Assembly (NCBI GenBank): GCA_049650865.1
Contig: JBASAY010000211.1
Location: 43,095 to 107,094 of the forward strand
Direction: 5' to 3'
Source: Tunicatimonas sp.
GTDB lineage: Bacteria; Bacteroidota; Bacteroidia; Cytophagales; Cyclobacteriaceae
Length of the DNA stretch: 64,000 nt
Each line of letters begins with the position of its first letter. Position 1 is the first letter of the stretch. Shown here one piece after another: positions 1 through 9,754 of the stretch. The notes under the pieces were generated by a model that saw nothing but the letters and a program-made list of their open reading frames with translations, was not told where the DNA came from and searched no databases. The translations under genes were made by a program, and so were the position numbers.

Positions 1-1607
1 TCGCGCCGGTCGGGTGGTGGCGCCGCCGGTGCTTGGCGAATGGTCAGGGTATCAATGGTCGAGTTGATCAGCGGTCCAATAAGCTGGTCATCATCTATTT
101 GAGCGATTGAGTCTCGTAATTGCTCTACTGCCGAGTTCCGACTAGCGGTTGCCAAAGCCCCCAGTAATCTTCGTTGGTCTTCTGCTTTGTTGGCTGCCCG
201 CAGACTGTCGATATATACTTGGGTGCGCTGCGCCCGCTGTACCCGGGCCACACTATCGTTGCGCTGCTGGTAGAAGATTACGCTGTCTACCAATTGCTCT
301 CGGTCGATTGGAATACTTAGTTCAACCTCATCGAGGCGGTCATTCCAGGTGAGCGCGCTATCGTAGGCAATGGGTAGGTAATACAGCGTATCATAACTGA
401 GCAGTATACTGTCGGTGCTTACCGCCACCACCGGTTTGCTAAAGGTAATCTTGCTTTTTATTACCTCACTAATGGCGTCGCTGCCTACCTCAAACTGAGT
501 ACTAAACGCTTCTGTTTTTCGGCGACTCTCCGTGAAACGGATGTAAAAAGTACTGTCCCGAACTGCCTGATCGGTAGAGTCGACTGCGGTAAGTACGGTG
601 CGCAAGCTATCCTGACGTAGGGTGTTATACACCCGAATCACCTTTTTTTGGTCCTGAAAGTTGTGAAACAGATAGCGGGGGCGGTTGATTGTGGTGATTT
701 CCAGAGAGTCTACCCTTTCTTGGGTACCTGCTTCTACGTCGGTGGTATCTACGGTTAAGCGATACCTGTCCAGTCCCTTATTAAATTTAAACTCGTAGTA
801 TTGTCCCGTAGCCCGGCTACTCTGCAGTATCAAGGGCTGAACGTTCTTGCGGTTTATCGGAATGGTTAGCGCTGAAAGATCAAGTCGCGTCAGTGAGTCC
901 TGCGCCTCAACCTCCGGAGCCAGTTTACCAATAAACAATGTGTCGGCGATAAACCCGTACGGTTCTTTGTTAGATTCTACCTTGAGGTTGCTATTGGCAT
1001 CCTGGTACGCATAGGCGCGGTACAAGCCAGGTTTTATGTAACGAATGGTATACGCACCTTCCTCGTTAGTTTTAGCGAAGTAGCTGGGTGGTCCGGTAAA
1101 TAGATCTAGGGTATCGCGCACATCGTAGAGCGCCACGACGGCTTCTTCCTGGGGTTGCTGATTGAGCAGTTGGCGAACTGTGCCCTGAATTTTAAAGGAG
1201 TCTATGTAGTCACCGGTGCTAAAGGCGACGATCGCATTCTCCGCTTTGTTTCCTTCGGATAGATCCTGTATTGCCTCACCGAAGTTAAACGTATAGGTAG
1301 TACTATCCAGCAGGTCTTCTTCCAGATTGATGTATACCCGGTTTTTTCTGACGCTAAAGTCATAATCCTCTATTGGAGGAGTCACGATGAGCTCCTTCTT
1401 TAGGTTGCGGGCATCAATAAGCTCATTGAAGGTTAGCGTGATTTCGTTCCCCCTAAAGTTTACGGCTTCTAGCGCGGGGGTTGTGCTAACCAGGGTGGGC
1501 GGGATGGTGTCCTTCTCTCCCCCGGTAGGCACTCCCCGTCTGGCGCACGATGCTACCGAAATCAGTACCATCCAGGTAATAATCAGCCAATATTGGTTTT
1601 TGTGCAT
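1..1607 (-). CDS. Ig-like (SbsA/Big_5-type) domain lipoprotein, 3' end outside the window
   Basis: Absent from the ORF track because it runs off the window. Reverse-strand ATG at 1607-1605, and in my hand translation the frame stays open to base 1. The N-terminus MHKNQYWLIITWMVLISVASC looks like a signal peptide plus lipobox Cys. The following DTIPPTLVSTTPALEAVNFRGNEITLTFNE resembles Ig-like domains of Bacteroidota lipoproteins. Confidence 0.6.
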   Translation of the reverse strand, partial: MHKNQYWLIITWMVLISVASCARRGVPTGGEKDTIPPTLVSTTPALEAVNFRGNEITLTFNELIDARNLKKELIVTPPIEDYDFSVRKNRVYINLEEDLLDSTTYTFNFGEAIQDLSEGNKAENAIVAFSTGDYIDSFKIQGTVRQLLNQQPQEEAVVALYDVRDTLDLFTGPPSYFAKTNEEGAYTIRYIKPGLYRAYAYQDANSNLKVESNKEPYGFIADTLFIGKLAPEVEAQDSLTRLDLSALTIPINRKNVQPLILQSSRATGQYYEFKFNKGLDRYRLTVDTTDVEAGTQERVDSLEITTINRPRYLFHNFQDQKKVIRVYNTLRQDSLRTVLTAVDSTDQAVRDSTFYIRFTESRRKTEAFSTQFEVGSDAISEVIKSKITFSKPVVAVSTDSILLSYDTLYYLPIAYDSALTWNDRLDEVELSIPIDREQLVDSVIFYQQRNDSVARVQRAQRTQVYIDSLRAANKAEDQRRLLGALATASRNSAVEQLRDSIAQIDDDQLIGPLINSTIDTLTIRQAPAAPPPDRR

Positions 1608-1662
1608 TGCTTCTTTGTTGTTTTGATACCAACGCTGCAGTGATAGATTCCTTGCCAAAGAA

Positions 1663-1691
1663 AAGCCTGTTCTGTGAAACAAAACAGGCTT
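1663..1691 (-). terminator. Putative rho-independent terminator downstream of mnmG
   Basis: Inverted repeat aagcctgtt / aacaggctt (9-bp stem, 11-nt loop) lies 25 nt past the mnmG stop. It is followed by a T-rich tract on the minus strand. Confidence 0.5.
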
Positions 1692-1715
1692 GAACGATAG
1701 GTTGGAAAACTTTAC

Positions 1716-3581
1716 TTACTTACCGAGGTAGATCATTACTACCGATATGTCGGCCGGCGAAACACCGCTAATGCGGGCGGCTTGCCCCAGTGTTGCTGGC
1801 TTTACATTCATTAATTTCTCTCGGGCTTCCGTCGACATTGCTTTAATTGCCTTATAGTCAATTTCTTCCGGAATGCGATATGCATCCAGGCTTTCTACCC
1901 GCTCGGCGTGGAGCCGCTCCTTTTCAATATAGGTTTCGTATTTCGTAACAATCTCTACTTGTTCTAAGCTATCCTGATCGAACTCATCGAAGTAGTCGTC
2001 TAGCTCGGCACTTAGCGTCCGTAGCGTTGCAATCGATATCTCGGGACGTTTGAGAAGCTGCTTTACCGAAATTTTTTCCTTTATCGTTGCCGTCGGCAAA
2101 GCATCCAAAGCGTCGTTGATGTCGTCGGGAGCCGCCTTCATCTTCTCGATGTCACGACTTATCTCAGTTACCGCGTTTTGTTTGTCGAATACTTTTTCCA
2201 AACGAGCATCATCAACCATTCCGATTTGGTGCGCCCGCTGGCTTAGGCGAAGATCGGCGTTATCCTGGCGGAGCAGCAGTCGGAACTCGGCGCGAGAGGT
2301 GAACATCCGGTAGGGCTCATCGGTACCCTTGGTAACTAGGTCATCAATCAGTACTCCAATATAGGCTTCTGAACGCTTCAGGATCAGTGGTTCCTGGTTA
2401 GTCACTTTCTGGTGGGCATTGATTCCCGCCATTAGTCCCTGCGAGGCCGCTTCTTCGTAGCCCGTGGTACCGTTAATTTGCCCCGCAAAGAATAGATTTT
2501 TTACCAGCTTCGTTTCTAGCGAAAGCGTAAGTTGGGTTGGCGGAAAGTAGTCGTACTCGATGGCATAGCCCGGCCTAAAGAGCTTTGCCTGCGAGAATCC
2601 CGGTATGTGGCGAATCGCTTGTAGCTGAACCTCTTCTGGAAGAGATGTGGAAAATCCGTTTACGTACACCTCAACGGTGTCCCACCCCTCGGGCTCCACG
2701 AAAATCTGATGGCGATCACGCTCTGCAAATCGACTAATCTTATCCTCAATCGACGGACAATAGCGCGGGCCCTGCCCCCGAATTCTTCCGTTGAACATAG
2801 GAGAGCGGTCGAAACCGGTTTCTAGAATTTCGTGAACGCGCGGATTGGTATACGTAATATGGCAACTCCGTTGGTTCTTAACGGGCGGCGTATTGGTAAA
2901 CGAAAATTTCCCGGGATGCTCATCGCCCGGTTGTTCTTCCATCTGGCGATAGTCTAACGAGCGTCCGTCTACCCGGGGCGGGGTACCCGTCTTCATTCGG
3001 CCCGAGGTGAATCCCAGTGAGACCAACTGCTCGGTAATTCCTCGGGAGGCACGTTCACCGGACCGCCCCCCTCCCATTTGCCGGTCGCCAATGTGAATGA
3101 GTCCGTTCAGGAACGTACCGTTGGTTAGCACCACACTGTGGGCTTTAATTTCCAGTCCCAGCTGGGTCTTCACGCCTACTACCTGATCACCCGCTACTAA
3201 AATTTCGGTAACCATCTCCTGACGGAAGTCCAGGTTAGGAATACTTTCCAGGGCCAATCGCCACGCTTCACCGAAGCGAGCTCGGTCGTTCTGCGTACGC
3301 GGACTCCACATGGCGGGTCCTTTAGAGCGGTTGAGCATCCGGAACTGAATGGTTGACTGGTCGGAGACAATACCTGACCAACCGCCGAGCGCATCAATTT
3401 CACGGACGATTTGCCCCTTGGCTACTCCGCCCATGGCGGGGTTGCACGACATCTGACCAATTTTAGTCATGTCCATGGTGATCAGCAATACGCTAGAGCC
3501 CATGGTTGCCGCGGCGGCGGCCGCTTCGTTGCCCGCGTGCCCCCCTCCTACTACAATTACATCGTATTCTTTTGGTGTCAT
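1716..3581 (-). CDS. mnmG: tRNA uridine 5-carboxymethylaminomethyl modification enzyme MnmG (GidA)
   Basis: 621 aa. FAD-binding N-terminus YDVIVVGGGHAGNEAA, and full-length resemblance to GidA/MnmG (e.g. GQINGTTGYEEAA, PATLGQAARISGVSPADI). Confidence 0.97.
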   Translation of the reverse strand: MTPKEYDVIVVGGGHAGNEAAAAAATMGSSVLLITMDMTKIGQMSCNPAMGGVAKGQIVREIDALGGWSGIVSDQSTIQFRMLNRSKGPAMWSPRTQNDRARFGEAWRLALESIPNLDFRQEMVTEILVAGDQVVGVKTQLGLEIKAHSVVLTNGTFLNGLIHIGDRQMGGGRSGERASRGITEQLVSLGFTSGRMKTGTPPRVDGRSLDYRQMEEQPGDEHPGKFSFTNTPPVKNQRSCHITYTNPRVHEILETGFDRSPMFNGRIRGQGPRYCPSIEDKISRFAERDRHQIFVEPEGWDTVEVYVNGFSTSLPEEVQLQAIRHIPGFSQAKLFRPGYAIEYDYFPPTQLTLSLETKLVKNLFFAGQINGTTGYEEAASQGLMAGINAHQKVTNQEPLILKRSEAYIGVLIDDLVTKGTDEPYRMFTSRAEFRLLLRQDNADLRLSQRAHQIGMVDDARLEKVFDKQNAVTEISRDIEKMKAAPDDINDALDALPTATIKEKISVKQLLKRPEISIATLRTLSAELDDYFDEFDQDSLEQVEIVTKYETYIEKERLHAERVESLDAYRIPEEIDYKAIKAMSTEAREKLMNVKPATLGQAARISGVSPADISVVMIYLGK

Positions 3582-3614
3582 TTTCTGTGTTGAGTTTCGC
3601 CCGAATAACGTTTG

Positions 3615-4061
3615 CTAGCTAGGTGTTCCACGTGGAACGTAGTGATCCACGGCGGATAGATACTGATCTTCTAACGCTCGCATACGGGTCTTTTGTTCAG
3701 CCGAATCGTCGGCATAACCAATTAAATGGAGTAGTCCGTGAACCATTACTCGAACCAACTCGTGCTGCGTAGAAACGTTAAACTGAGTGCTGTTGTCCGC
3801 AACTCTGTCAACGCTAAGGTAAATATCGCCCACTATCGGATCGCTCGGATCATCTCGATAATCAAAGGTAATCACATCCGTGAAATAGTCGTGGTCGAGA
3901 TACTGCTGGTTGATCTGAAGAAGAGAATGGTCGGAGCAAAAAATATAAGTAAGCTCTTCAATGGGGGATTTTTCTAATTGAGCAACGTGCAGCAGCCAGT
4001 TGGCAATTGCTGACTCGTTGGCAAGCGTAAAGGGAACGTCGTCGGCACAGAAGCTGATCAT
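3615..4061 (-). CDS. ybeY: rRNA maturation RNase YbeY
   Basis: 148 aa with the zinc-binding motif HGLLHLIGYAD. Its start overlaps the stop of the upstream gene by 4 nt (ATGA). Confidence 0.95.
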   Translation of the reverse strand: MISFCADDVPFTLANESAIANWLLHVAQLEKSPIEELTYIFCSDHSLLQINQQYLDHDYFTDVITFDYRDDPSDPIVGDIYLSVDRVADNSTQFNVSTQHELVRVMVHGLLHLIGYADDSAEQKTRMRALEDQYLSAVDHYVPRGTPS

Positions 4062-4462
4062 CCGCTAACGTAGAAAACCAGCTCTACGGTACAACCGCTG
4101 TTACGAAAGGTAACTTCGTCGCACAAGTGCTTCATCAAAAAGATGCCCCGGCCGCCCGGCTGTTCTAAGTGCTCCGGCGCAGTGGGATCAGGAAGATCTC
4201 TATGATCAAAACCTGAACCTTCGTCACGAACCAAAAATACAATGGCGCTATCCTTCATCTGCAACGTAAGGTGCACGTTCTTTTTAACATCCCCCTTATT
4301 TCCGTGGCGAATGGCATTGTTTACCGATTCGGTGACCGCCACAATAATGTTCCCGTAAATGTCATCAGACAAATGAAACTCGTCCTTCACGTTATCAATA
4401 AAACTCTCGATGATCCGAATGTTGTCGGCCATTGAGGGAATTTGGATAGATATTTCGTTCAT
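4058..4462 (-). CDS. HATPase_c-type ATP-binding protein, RsbW/SpoIIAB-like anti-sigma factor or Ser kinase
   Basis: 134 aa. N-box ESVNNAIRHGN, G1 DEGSGF, G2 GGRGIFLMK. Confidence 0.75.
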   Translation of the reverse strand: MNEISIQIPSMADNIRIIESFIDNVKDEFHLSDDIYGNIIVAVTESVNNAIRHGNKGDVKKNVHLTLQMKDSAIVFLVRDEGSGFDHRDLPDPTAPEHLEQPGGRGIFLMKHLCDEVTFRNSGCTVELVFYVSG

Positions 4463-4464
4463 AA

Positions 4465-7400
4465 TTACTCGAGGCGTTTGAAATACTCGTTAGCTTCATT
4501 TTTGTAGTACGGATTTAAACGAACCGGTACCGTCTTTAGAAGCTCAATCTCTTGCTCCTTCAGTTTTATATACTCATCAAAGCGCTCCAAGGTTCGCTGT
4601 TCGTAGTCATCCTTGGCCGTTTCGCCCTTCCTTTTGTTATCAAGTTCTTGCTCTCGCATCGATTCTTCTGCTTTAAGCAGCCGGGTCATGATTTGCTTCT
4701 GCCGTTCAATCAACTCCAGAGTAAGCTTCTTATTCACCAGGTCTTGCTCAGTCTGCTCCATCTGCTTCGCAATTTCATCACCGGTGCCCCCGCCGCCTTC
4801 CGACTCTTCCTGGCCTTGCATCTCTTCCATGGCCTGCCGGATCTTCTCCTGCTGCTGCGCTAGTTTGGCAAGCTCTTCTGACAATGCTCGTCCCGATTTA
4901 CCGCTCTTCTTAAGCTCCTGAATGTCCTGATTGAGCTGCTTCTGCAGTTCGCTTAGGTTCATGTTAGAGCGGGTGTTGCCCTGCTTTTGCTGGGGCTTCC
5001 CCATCGCATCGGCCATCTGCTGCTGCATCTGACTAAGAACATCGTTGAGCAGTAGCGCTAGATTATTAATGGAAGTCATCGCAAACTGCTGCTCTCCAAT
5101 TGCCTTGAACTGCTGACGCTCGCGCAGCGATTCTACGCTATTTTCCATGTACTTGTTCATGTCTTTTACCTCACGGGTAACAAACGACTGAATCTGAAAC
5201 ACCCGATTGGCCAACGCCAACAGACTATCTTCAATAATCTGAGCATCATCCATCAGCTTAAGTTGCTCCTGCGACAAATCTATAAACCGAGGGTCATTCT
5301 GTTTCACGTCGCGAAAGTCTTTCATTACCTTTTCTTGATCAAAAGACAGCGTGATCAGGTTATCCAGAATATTGCGCAGGTTGTCCATATCTTCCTGCAT
5401 GGATTCCATCTCCATGCCCTGCTGCATTTGCTGCATCTTCTGCGCCATTTGCTGCATTTTCTGGGCGCTCTTCTGCTGCGACTTTTGCGCTTTGTTACGT
5501 TTCTTCTCGTCTAAAGCCTCCTTGGCTTGTTGCTGCTCTTCCTGAATTTGTTCCTGGTCCTCGCTAAAGTCTTCCATCGGTGAGGGGTTCTTGAGGTCCT
5601 GATTCATCTCCTGCATCTCTTTCATCTCCTCCTGCATTTCCTCAAATTCTTCGTTAAGCGATTCCTGCTGCTCACTCAGTTGCTCGGTGTCTTCAGCTTT
5701 GTCGTCCGTTTTATCGGCTAGCTCCTCTTGCTCTTCAGCCAGTTCGTTCAACTGCTGCTCGAGGTCTTCCAGCTTCATGTCCAGTTTCATACGCTTGAAT
5801 AACTCGAGTGCCCGCTCCAGTTCTTCTTCCAGGTTTTGCTCCTGGTCATTAATCTGCTGCAACTTCTCTTGCATCTGGTCAATGTCCTGCTGCTCGTCCA
5901 GAAGCTTCTTTAGCTCTTCGTACATCTTCTTGGTCTCCTCATCAAGCAGTTCGTCCATCAGGTTTTGCAATTGGCTAATTTGCTTCTGCATCTTCTCGCT
6001 GCGCTCGTCAAACTGCTCGCGCTGCTGATTCATCAGTTCATTCTGTTTCTGCAGTTCCTGAAGCTGCTTCTCCAGTGCTTCGCGTTGCTTCAAAATGTCT
6101 TCAAGCTTCTGTTTGTCCTGCCAGTTGAGTTCTTTTTTTCCTCGTAGCTTTTTCTCCAGGTCATCAACTGCTTCTTCGAGCTGTTCGGCTTGCTGAACGG
6201 TGTTACTAATCTTCGTTTGCGTCTCCGAGGAAGACTTATCAAGATTTTCCCGAACGGTTTTCTGGTCGGGTACCTGGAAAACGTAGGTGCTGGTCTTGGT
6301 AGATTTGTAGCCATTAATGGCGTCATTGTCCCATACCTTCAGAAAGTAGCGAATCTTGTCGCCTGGCTTGAGGCGCAACGTATCGACGTTCCACTGGTGA
6401 TAGTAACTCTGCGTGTTCTGCTTGCGGTTGATTGGTAGGTCGTAGGCCCGGTACCGAGCGGGCGTATCGGAGTCGTTTTCATCCGACTCAAATTTGTAGA
6501 ACAGGGCTAAGCGCGCTAAGCCGTAGTCATCGGATACATTGCCCCCCAGCACCAAAAACTGGTACAGCGTGGTATCCTGCATTTGGTCTAGCGATATCTC
6601 AGGGTGGCGGTCAGGTACGACGTCCAGCAGATAACGAATCTTCCGAAGGTTGCTACTGTACTGGTTCTTGAGGTCAACACGGTAGTGGTCGGTGGCTAAT
6701 GCCTGTTTTTTAAAGGTGAAGGAAGCGTCATCGCTGGGTGAAAGCTGATACGTCTCATTACTTTTTTCAAACGTAAGCGCCATGCTATCGGCCGCCAACG
6801 TGCCGAACCGCCAGCTGATCTCAGTACCCTCGGGCACCTGAAGGTTTCCTACGTTCTCAATACGCTCGTCCTTGCGCTTTAGATAATCCGGATAATCTAA
6901 GTACACACTAAAGTTTTTCAGGTTGGGGCGGTCTACCACCGTGATGTCGTAGGTAGCACTAGAGAACCCGGCGGCCTCGATGTAGTAGGTAGTGTTGCGC
7001 TGAAGGTTCTGAAATACGTGTTCGTACACTCCCTCGCTGTCGGGCAGCATCCTAAACCGCCGCCCCGAAGCGTTGAGGTATACTTTGTCGGGCAGTGAAC
7101 TGCCGGAAAGGCGGAGCCGCACCGGAAAGTCTTCGTTCTTGAAAGCAGTAACCGATCCGGTTTCGACGTCGAACGAGAAGGGAGCTTCCGGCCGATACTC
7201 TTTGTTAAAATTCACGATCCGCGTGGTGCCCTCTGAGAAGAACTGGGGGACGAACAAGAGTAGGATGGCAATAATAGCTGTAGGCAGCGCCAGGTAGCGC
7301 AGGTAGCGTAAGTTCTTCTTCAGATTGATAGCCAGCGGAAACGGTACCACCGAAAGCTGTTGGGTGCGGTGGGCGATGCTGGCCAGCACCAGTGAATTGT

Positions 7401-7776
7401 CGGCTCGAGAGCTTGCCCGGTTCAGCTGCACCATGTTGAGAAGCTTGTCCTGCACGTCGGGAAAGTGGCCGCCCACCCCGCGCGCTGCCTCCTCGTCGCT
7501 CATCTGGCGCGCGGAGAAGGCCAGGCGAAGCAGTGGCGCCAGCACCCATCGGTACAAGAAGAAGGCAAAAACCGACAGAAATAAAAACAAAAGGGTAGCG
7601 CGACCAATAGAGTTAAGACGCGCAGTGTACTCGATAGAATTGAGCAGCAGGTATACCGACAGCACCAGGGCGCCAAAGTAAATGCTACCGCGAAGCAGCT
7701 GATTGACGTAGAACTTTCGCTTGTAGCGCTGCAGTTGCCGAAGGATGCTGTTAAAATCTGATGATGCTTGAGCCAT
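4465..7776 (-). CDS. Large membrane-anchored coiled-coil protein with a Q/E/K/M-rich low-complexity region (possibly DUF4175-like)
   Basis: 1103 aa. Two or three N-terminal hydrophobic helices (IYFGALVLSVYLLL, ATLLFLFLSVFAFFLY, LALPTAIIAILLLFV). A beta-rich middle part. About 450 aa of heptad-like EQ-rich sequence including MQQMAQKMQQMQQGMEMESMQ. The family name is a recollection and is not verified. Confidence 0.8.
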   Translation of the reverse strand: MAQASSDFNSILRQLQRYKRKFYVNQLLRGSIYFGALVLSVYLLLNSIEYTARLNSIGRATLLFLFLSVFAFFLYRWVLAPLLRLAFSARQMSDEEAARGVGGHFPDVQDKLLNMVQLNRASSRADNSLVLASIAHRTQQLSVVPFPLAINLKKNLRYLRYLALPTAIIAILLLFVPQFFSEGTTRIVNFNKEYRPEAPFSFDVETGSVTAFKNEDFPVRLRLSGSSLPDKVYLNASGRRFRMLPDSEGVYEHVFQNLQRNTTYYIEAAGFSSATYDITVVDRPNLKNFSVYLDYPDYLKRKDERIENVGNLQVPEGTEISWRFGTLAADSMALTFEKSNETYQLSPSDDASFTFKKQALATDHYRVDLKNQYSSNLRKIRYLLDVVPDRHPEISLDQMQDTTLYQFLVLGGNVSDDYGLARLALFYKFESDENDSDTPARYRAYDLPINRKQNTQSYYHQWNVDTLRLKPGDKIRYFLKVWDNDAINGYKSTKTSTYVFQVPDQKTVRENLDKSSSETQTKISNTVQQAEQLEEAVDDLEKKLRGKKELNWQDKQKLEDILKQREALEKQLQELQKQNELMNQQREQFDERSEKMQKQISQLQNLMDELLDEETKKMYEELKKLLDEQQDIDQMQEKLQQINDQEQNLEEELERALELFKRMKLDMKLEDLEQQLNELAEEQEELADKTDDKAEDTEQLSEQQESLNEEFEEMQEEMKEMQEMNQDLKNPSPMEDFSEDQEQIQEEQQQAKEALDEKKRNKAQKSQQKSAQKMQQMAQKMQQMQQGMEMESMQEDMDNLRNILDNLITLSFDQEKVMKDFRDVKQNDPRFIDLSQEQLKLMDDAQIIEDSLLALANRVFQIQSFVTREVKDMNKYMENSVESLRERQQFKAIGEQQFAMTSINNLALLLNDVLSQMQQQMADAMGKPQQKQGNTRSNMNLSELQKQLNQDIQELKKSGKSGRALSEELAKLAQQQEKIRQAMEEMQGQEESEGGGGTGDEIAKQMEQTEQDLVNKKLTLELIERQKQIMTRLLKAEESMREQELDNKRKGETAKDDYEQRTLERFDEYIKLKEQEIELLKTVPVRLNPYYKNEANEYFKRLE

Positions 7777-7809
7777 ATTGTGAATTACTTAGTACGCGTA
7801 CGTGGATAT

Positions 7810-8580
7810 TCAGTTCGTCTGCAAGTTTAGCACTACCGGGCAGTGGTCGGAGTGCATTGCCGAGGGAAGCACCGCCGCACCCACTAATGAATTTTGTAAC
7901 GCTTGGGAGGCCATATGGTAGTCAATGCGCCAGCCCAGGTTCTTGGCCCGGGCACCCGCCCGGTAACTCCACCAACTGTAGTTGTGCGGCTCATCGTTAA
8001 AGTAGCGAAAGGTATCGATGAACCCTGCCTCTAAAAATTGACTCACCCAGGCGCGTTCCTCAGGTAAAAATCCGCTACAATTTTTGTTCCTCACCGGGTC
8101 GTGGATATCAATGGGGCGGTGGCAAATATTGTAATCACCGCTAATGATTAAACGAGGAAATTCTTGTTTTAGGTAATCAATGTACTGATAAAAATCGCGC
8201 AGCCACTGCATTTTAAACGACTGCCGCTCGTCGCCAGAACTTCCGGAAGGCATATACACGCTCATAAGCGAGAAATCCGCGAAATCAGCCCGAATCACCC
8301 GCCCTTCCCGGTCGTATACGTCCAGGCCGCAACCGTAGGTAACCGCCCGCGGACGGTGCTTGGTAAGGATCGCCACCCCGCTGTACCCTTTGCGAGAGGA
8401 AGCTTCCATCCAGTACACCTGGTAACCAAGTGCAGCGAAGTCGTCTTCATTGATCTGATCCAGCGAAGCCTTTACTTCCTGGAGACAAACCATGTCCGGG
8501 TCTTCCGCAACCAGCCACGACAAAAAGCCCTTCCGGATCGCCGCCCGAATACCGTTTACGTTGTACGAAATAATTTTCAT
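7810..8580 (-). CDS. xth: Exodeoxyribonuclease III
   Basis: 256 aa. MKIISYNVNGIRA N-terminus, C-terminal SDHCPV, and the overall ExoIII/APE1 pattern. Confidence 0.95.
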   Translation of the reverse strand: MKIISYNVNGIRAAIRKGFLSWLVAEDPDMVCLQEVKASLDQINEDDFAALGYQVYWMEASSRKGYSGVAILTKHRPRAVTYGCGLDVYDREGRVIRADFADFSLMSVYMPSGSSGDERQSFKMQWLRDFYQYIDYLKQEFPRLIISGDYNICHRPIDIHDPVRNKNCSGFLPEERAWVSQFLEAGFIDTFRYFNDEPHNYSWWSYRAGARAKNLGWRIDYHMASQALQNSLVGAAVLPSAMHSDHCPVVLNLQTN

Positions 8581-8939
8581 CTGGTATCAATGTCTAACTC
8601 CAGCGCGAAGTAGTCGATGGTGTGCATCTTTAGTAGCTTTTCTTGTTCTAGCAGGTCAAAGTGAGGCAGCTTCTTGGTCGCTTTCCAGTGGGGCCACCCC
8701 TCGGCATCCACTCCCTCGAGTTGGTAAAAGCCGGACAGAGAAAGAACCCTGCAAACGGCAATGTGCATCAGGTCCTGCTTTTCTTCTTTCGAGAAGGTCT
8801 GCCGTCCCCTACCGAGTTCCTGCACGCCGATTAAGAAAAGCACGGCATTCAGGTCGGCGGGGCGCTTGCCGATGCGGGCTTCTAACTCGTTGAGCAAACC
8901 GTTCCACTGTCTTTCTAGCGATAAATCCTTCTGGTACAT
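8577..8939 (-). CDS. Hypothetical protein
   Basis: 120-aa ORF whose stop overlaps the xth start by 4 nt, suggesting co-transcription. No recognisable motif. Confidence 0.55.
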   Translation of the reverse strand: MYQKDLSLERQWNGLLNELEARIGKRPADLNAVLFLIGVQELGRGRQTFSKEEKQDLMHIAVCRVLSLSGFYQLEGVDAEGWPHWKATKKLPHFDLLEQEKLLKMHTIDYFALELDIDTR

Positions 8940-9068
8940 AGCAGTCGTTTAAGAAGATAACCCAACTCATTTCCCGTACTTCTTACCTCCGTGGTCTCTG
9001 AGGACAAACCCACCGCAATATCACTCGACGGTGGATTATCTTGGGATGTATCTACTATACGCGTCGTA

Positions 9069-9746
9069 ATGCTAAATGATTTTGTTTCGTTGTTATTTCC
9101 TCGCTGTTGCCTCATCAGTAATGCTCCGTTAGCCCGGGGAGAGCGGTACGTAAGCGTGGCGGCGGGGCAGGCGCTACCCCGCTTCGACCAGCAGCGCCCG
9201 CCCGAAGCAATTCGGCAGCAACTCTATACCTTTGCGCCGGTGCAGCACGCACTGGCCTATTATAAGTTTGCCCGGCACGGCGGCGTTCAACAATTGTTGC
9301 ACCACCTCAAGTACAAGAACTGCCCTGAGGTTGGGGAACTGGCGGGAATGTGGTTTGCCCACGCAATAGTGGACGCAGGATTAAAGGAAGCGTTTGATGC
9401 AATCGTGCCGGTGCCACTGCACCCCAGCAAGCGGCGGCGGCGGGGCTACAACCAGTGCGACTACGTAGCGAAGGGAATGGCCAGCGTGCTGGAGATCCCC
9501 TGGATACAGGATTCATTAATTAAAGTGAAACATAACCAATCGCAAACCCGAAAGAGTCGGTGGGAGCGCTCTGAGAACGTATCCCAGGGATTCGCGCTGC
9601 GAAACGCCGATGCGGTACAGGGCCGCCGGATACTCTTGGTAGACGACGTGATGACCACCGGCGCAACGCTGGGCGAAGGAGCCAAGGTGCTGCTAGAAGG
9701 AGGCGCCCAAGAAGTAAGTATCGCTGCACTGGCGGCGGTGCAGTAG
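9069..9746 (+). CDS. comF: ComF-family phosphoribosyltransferase-domain protein
   Basis: PRTase motif ILLVDDVMTTGATL near the C-terminus. ComF-like N-terminus MLNDFVSLLFPRCC. I prefer the internal ATG at 9069 to the track start at 8991. Confidence 0.8.
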   Translation: MLNDFVSLLFPRCCLISNAPLARGERYVSVAAGQALPRFDQQRPPEAIRQQLYTFAPVQHALAYYKFARHGGVQQLLHHLKYKNCPEVGELAGMWFAHAIVDAGLKEAFDAIVPVPLHPSKRRRRGYNQCDYVAKGMASVLEIPWIQDSLIKVKHNQSQTRKSRWERSENVSQGFALRNADAVQGRRILLVDDVMTTGATLGEGAKVLLEGGAQEVSIAALAAVQ

Positions 9747-9754
9747 CGCCAGCA

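Noticed and set aside
149-1626. Plus-strand ORFs at 149-352 and 1387-1626.
   Set aside because: Both are embedded in the open minus-strand frame of the partial Ig-like lipoprotein gene (1-1607), which has a proper signal peptide and lipobox.
4552-6438. A series of plus-strand ORFs (60-113 aa) rich in L/S/C/F, lying opposite the large coiled-coil gene.
   Set aside because: They mirror the E/Q/K-rich repetitive coding region on the minus strand (GAA/CAG/AAG codons read in antisense), so they are artefacts.
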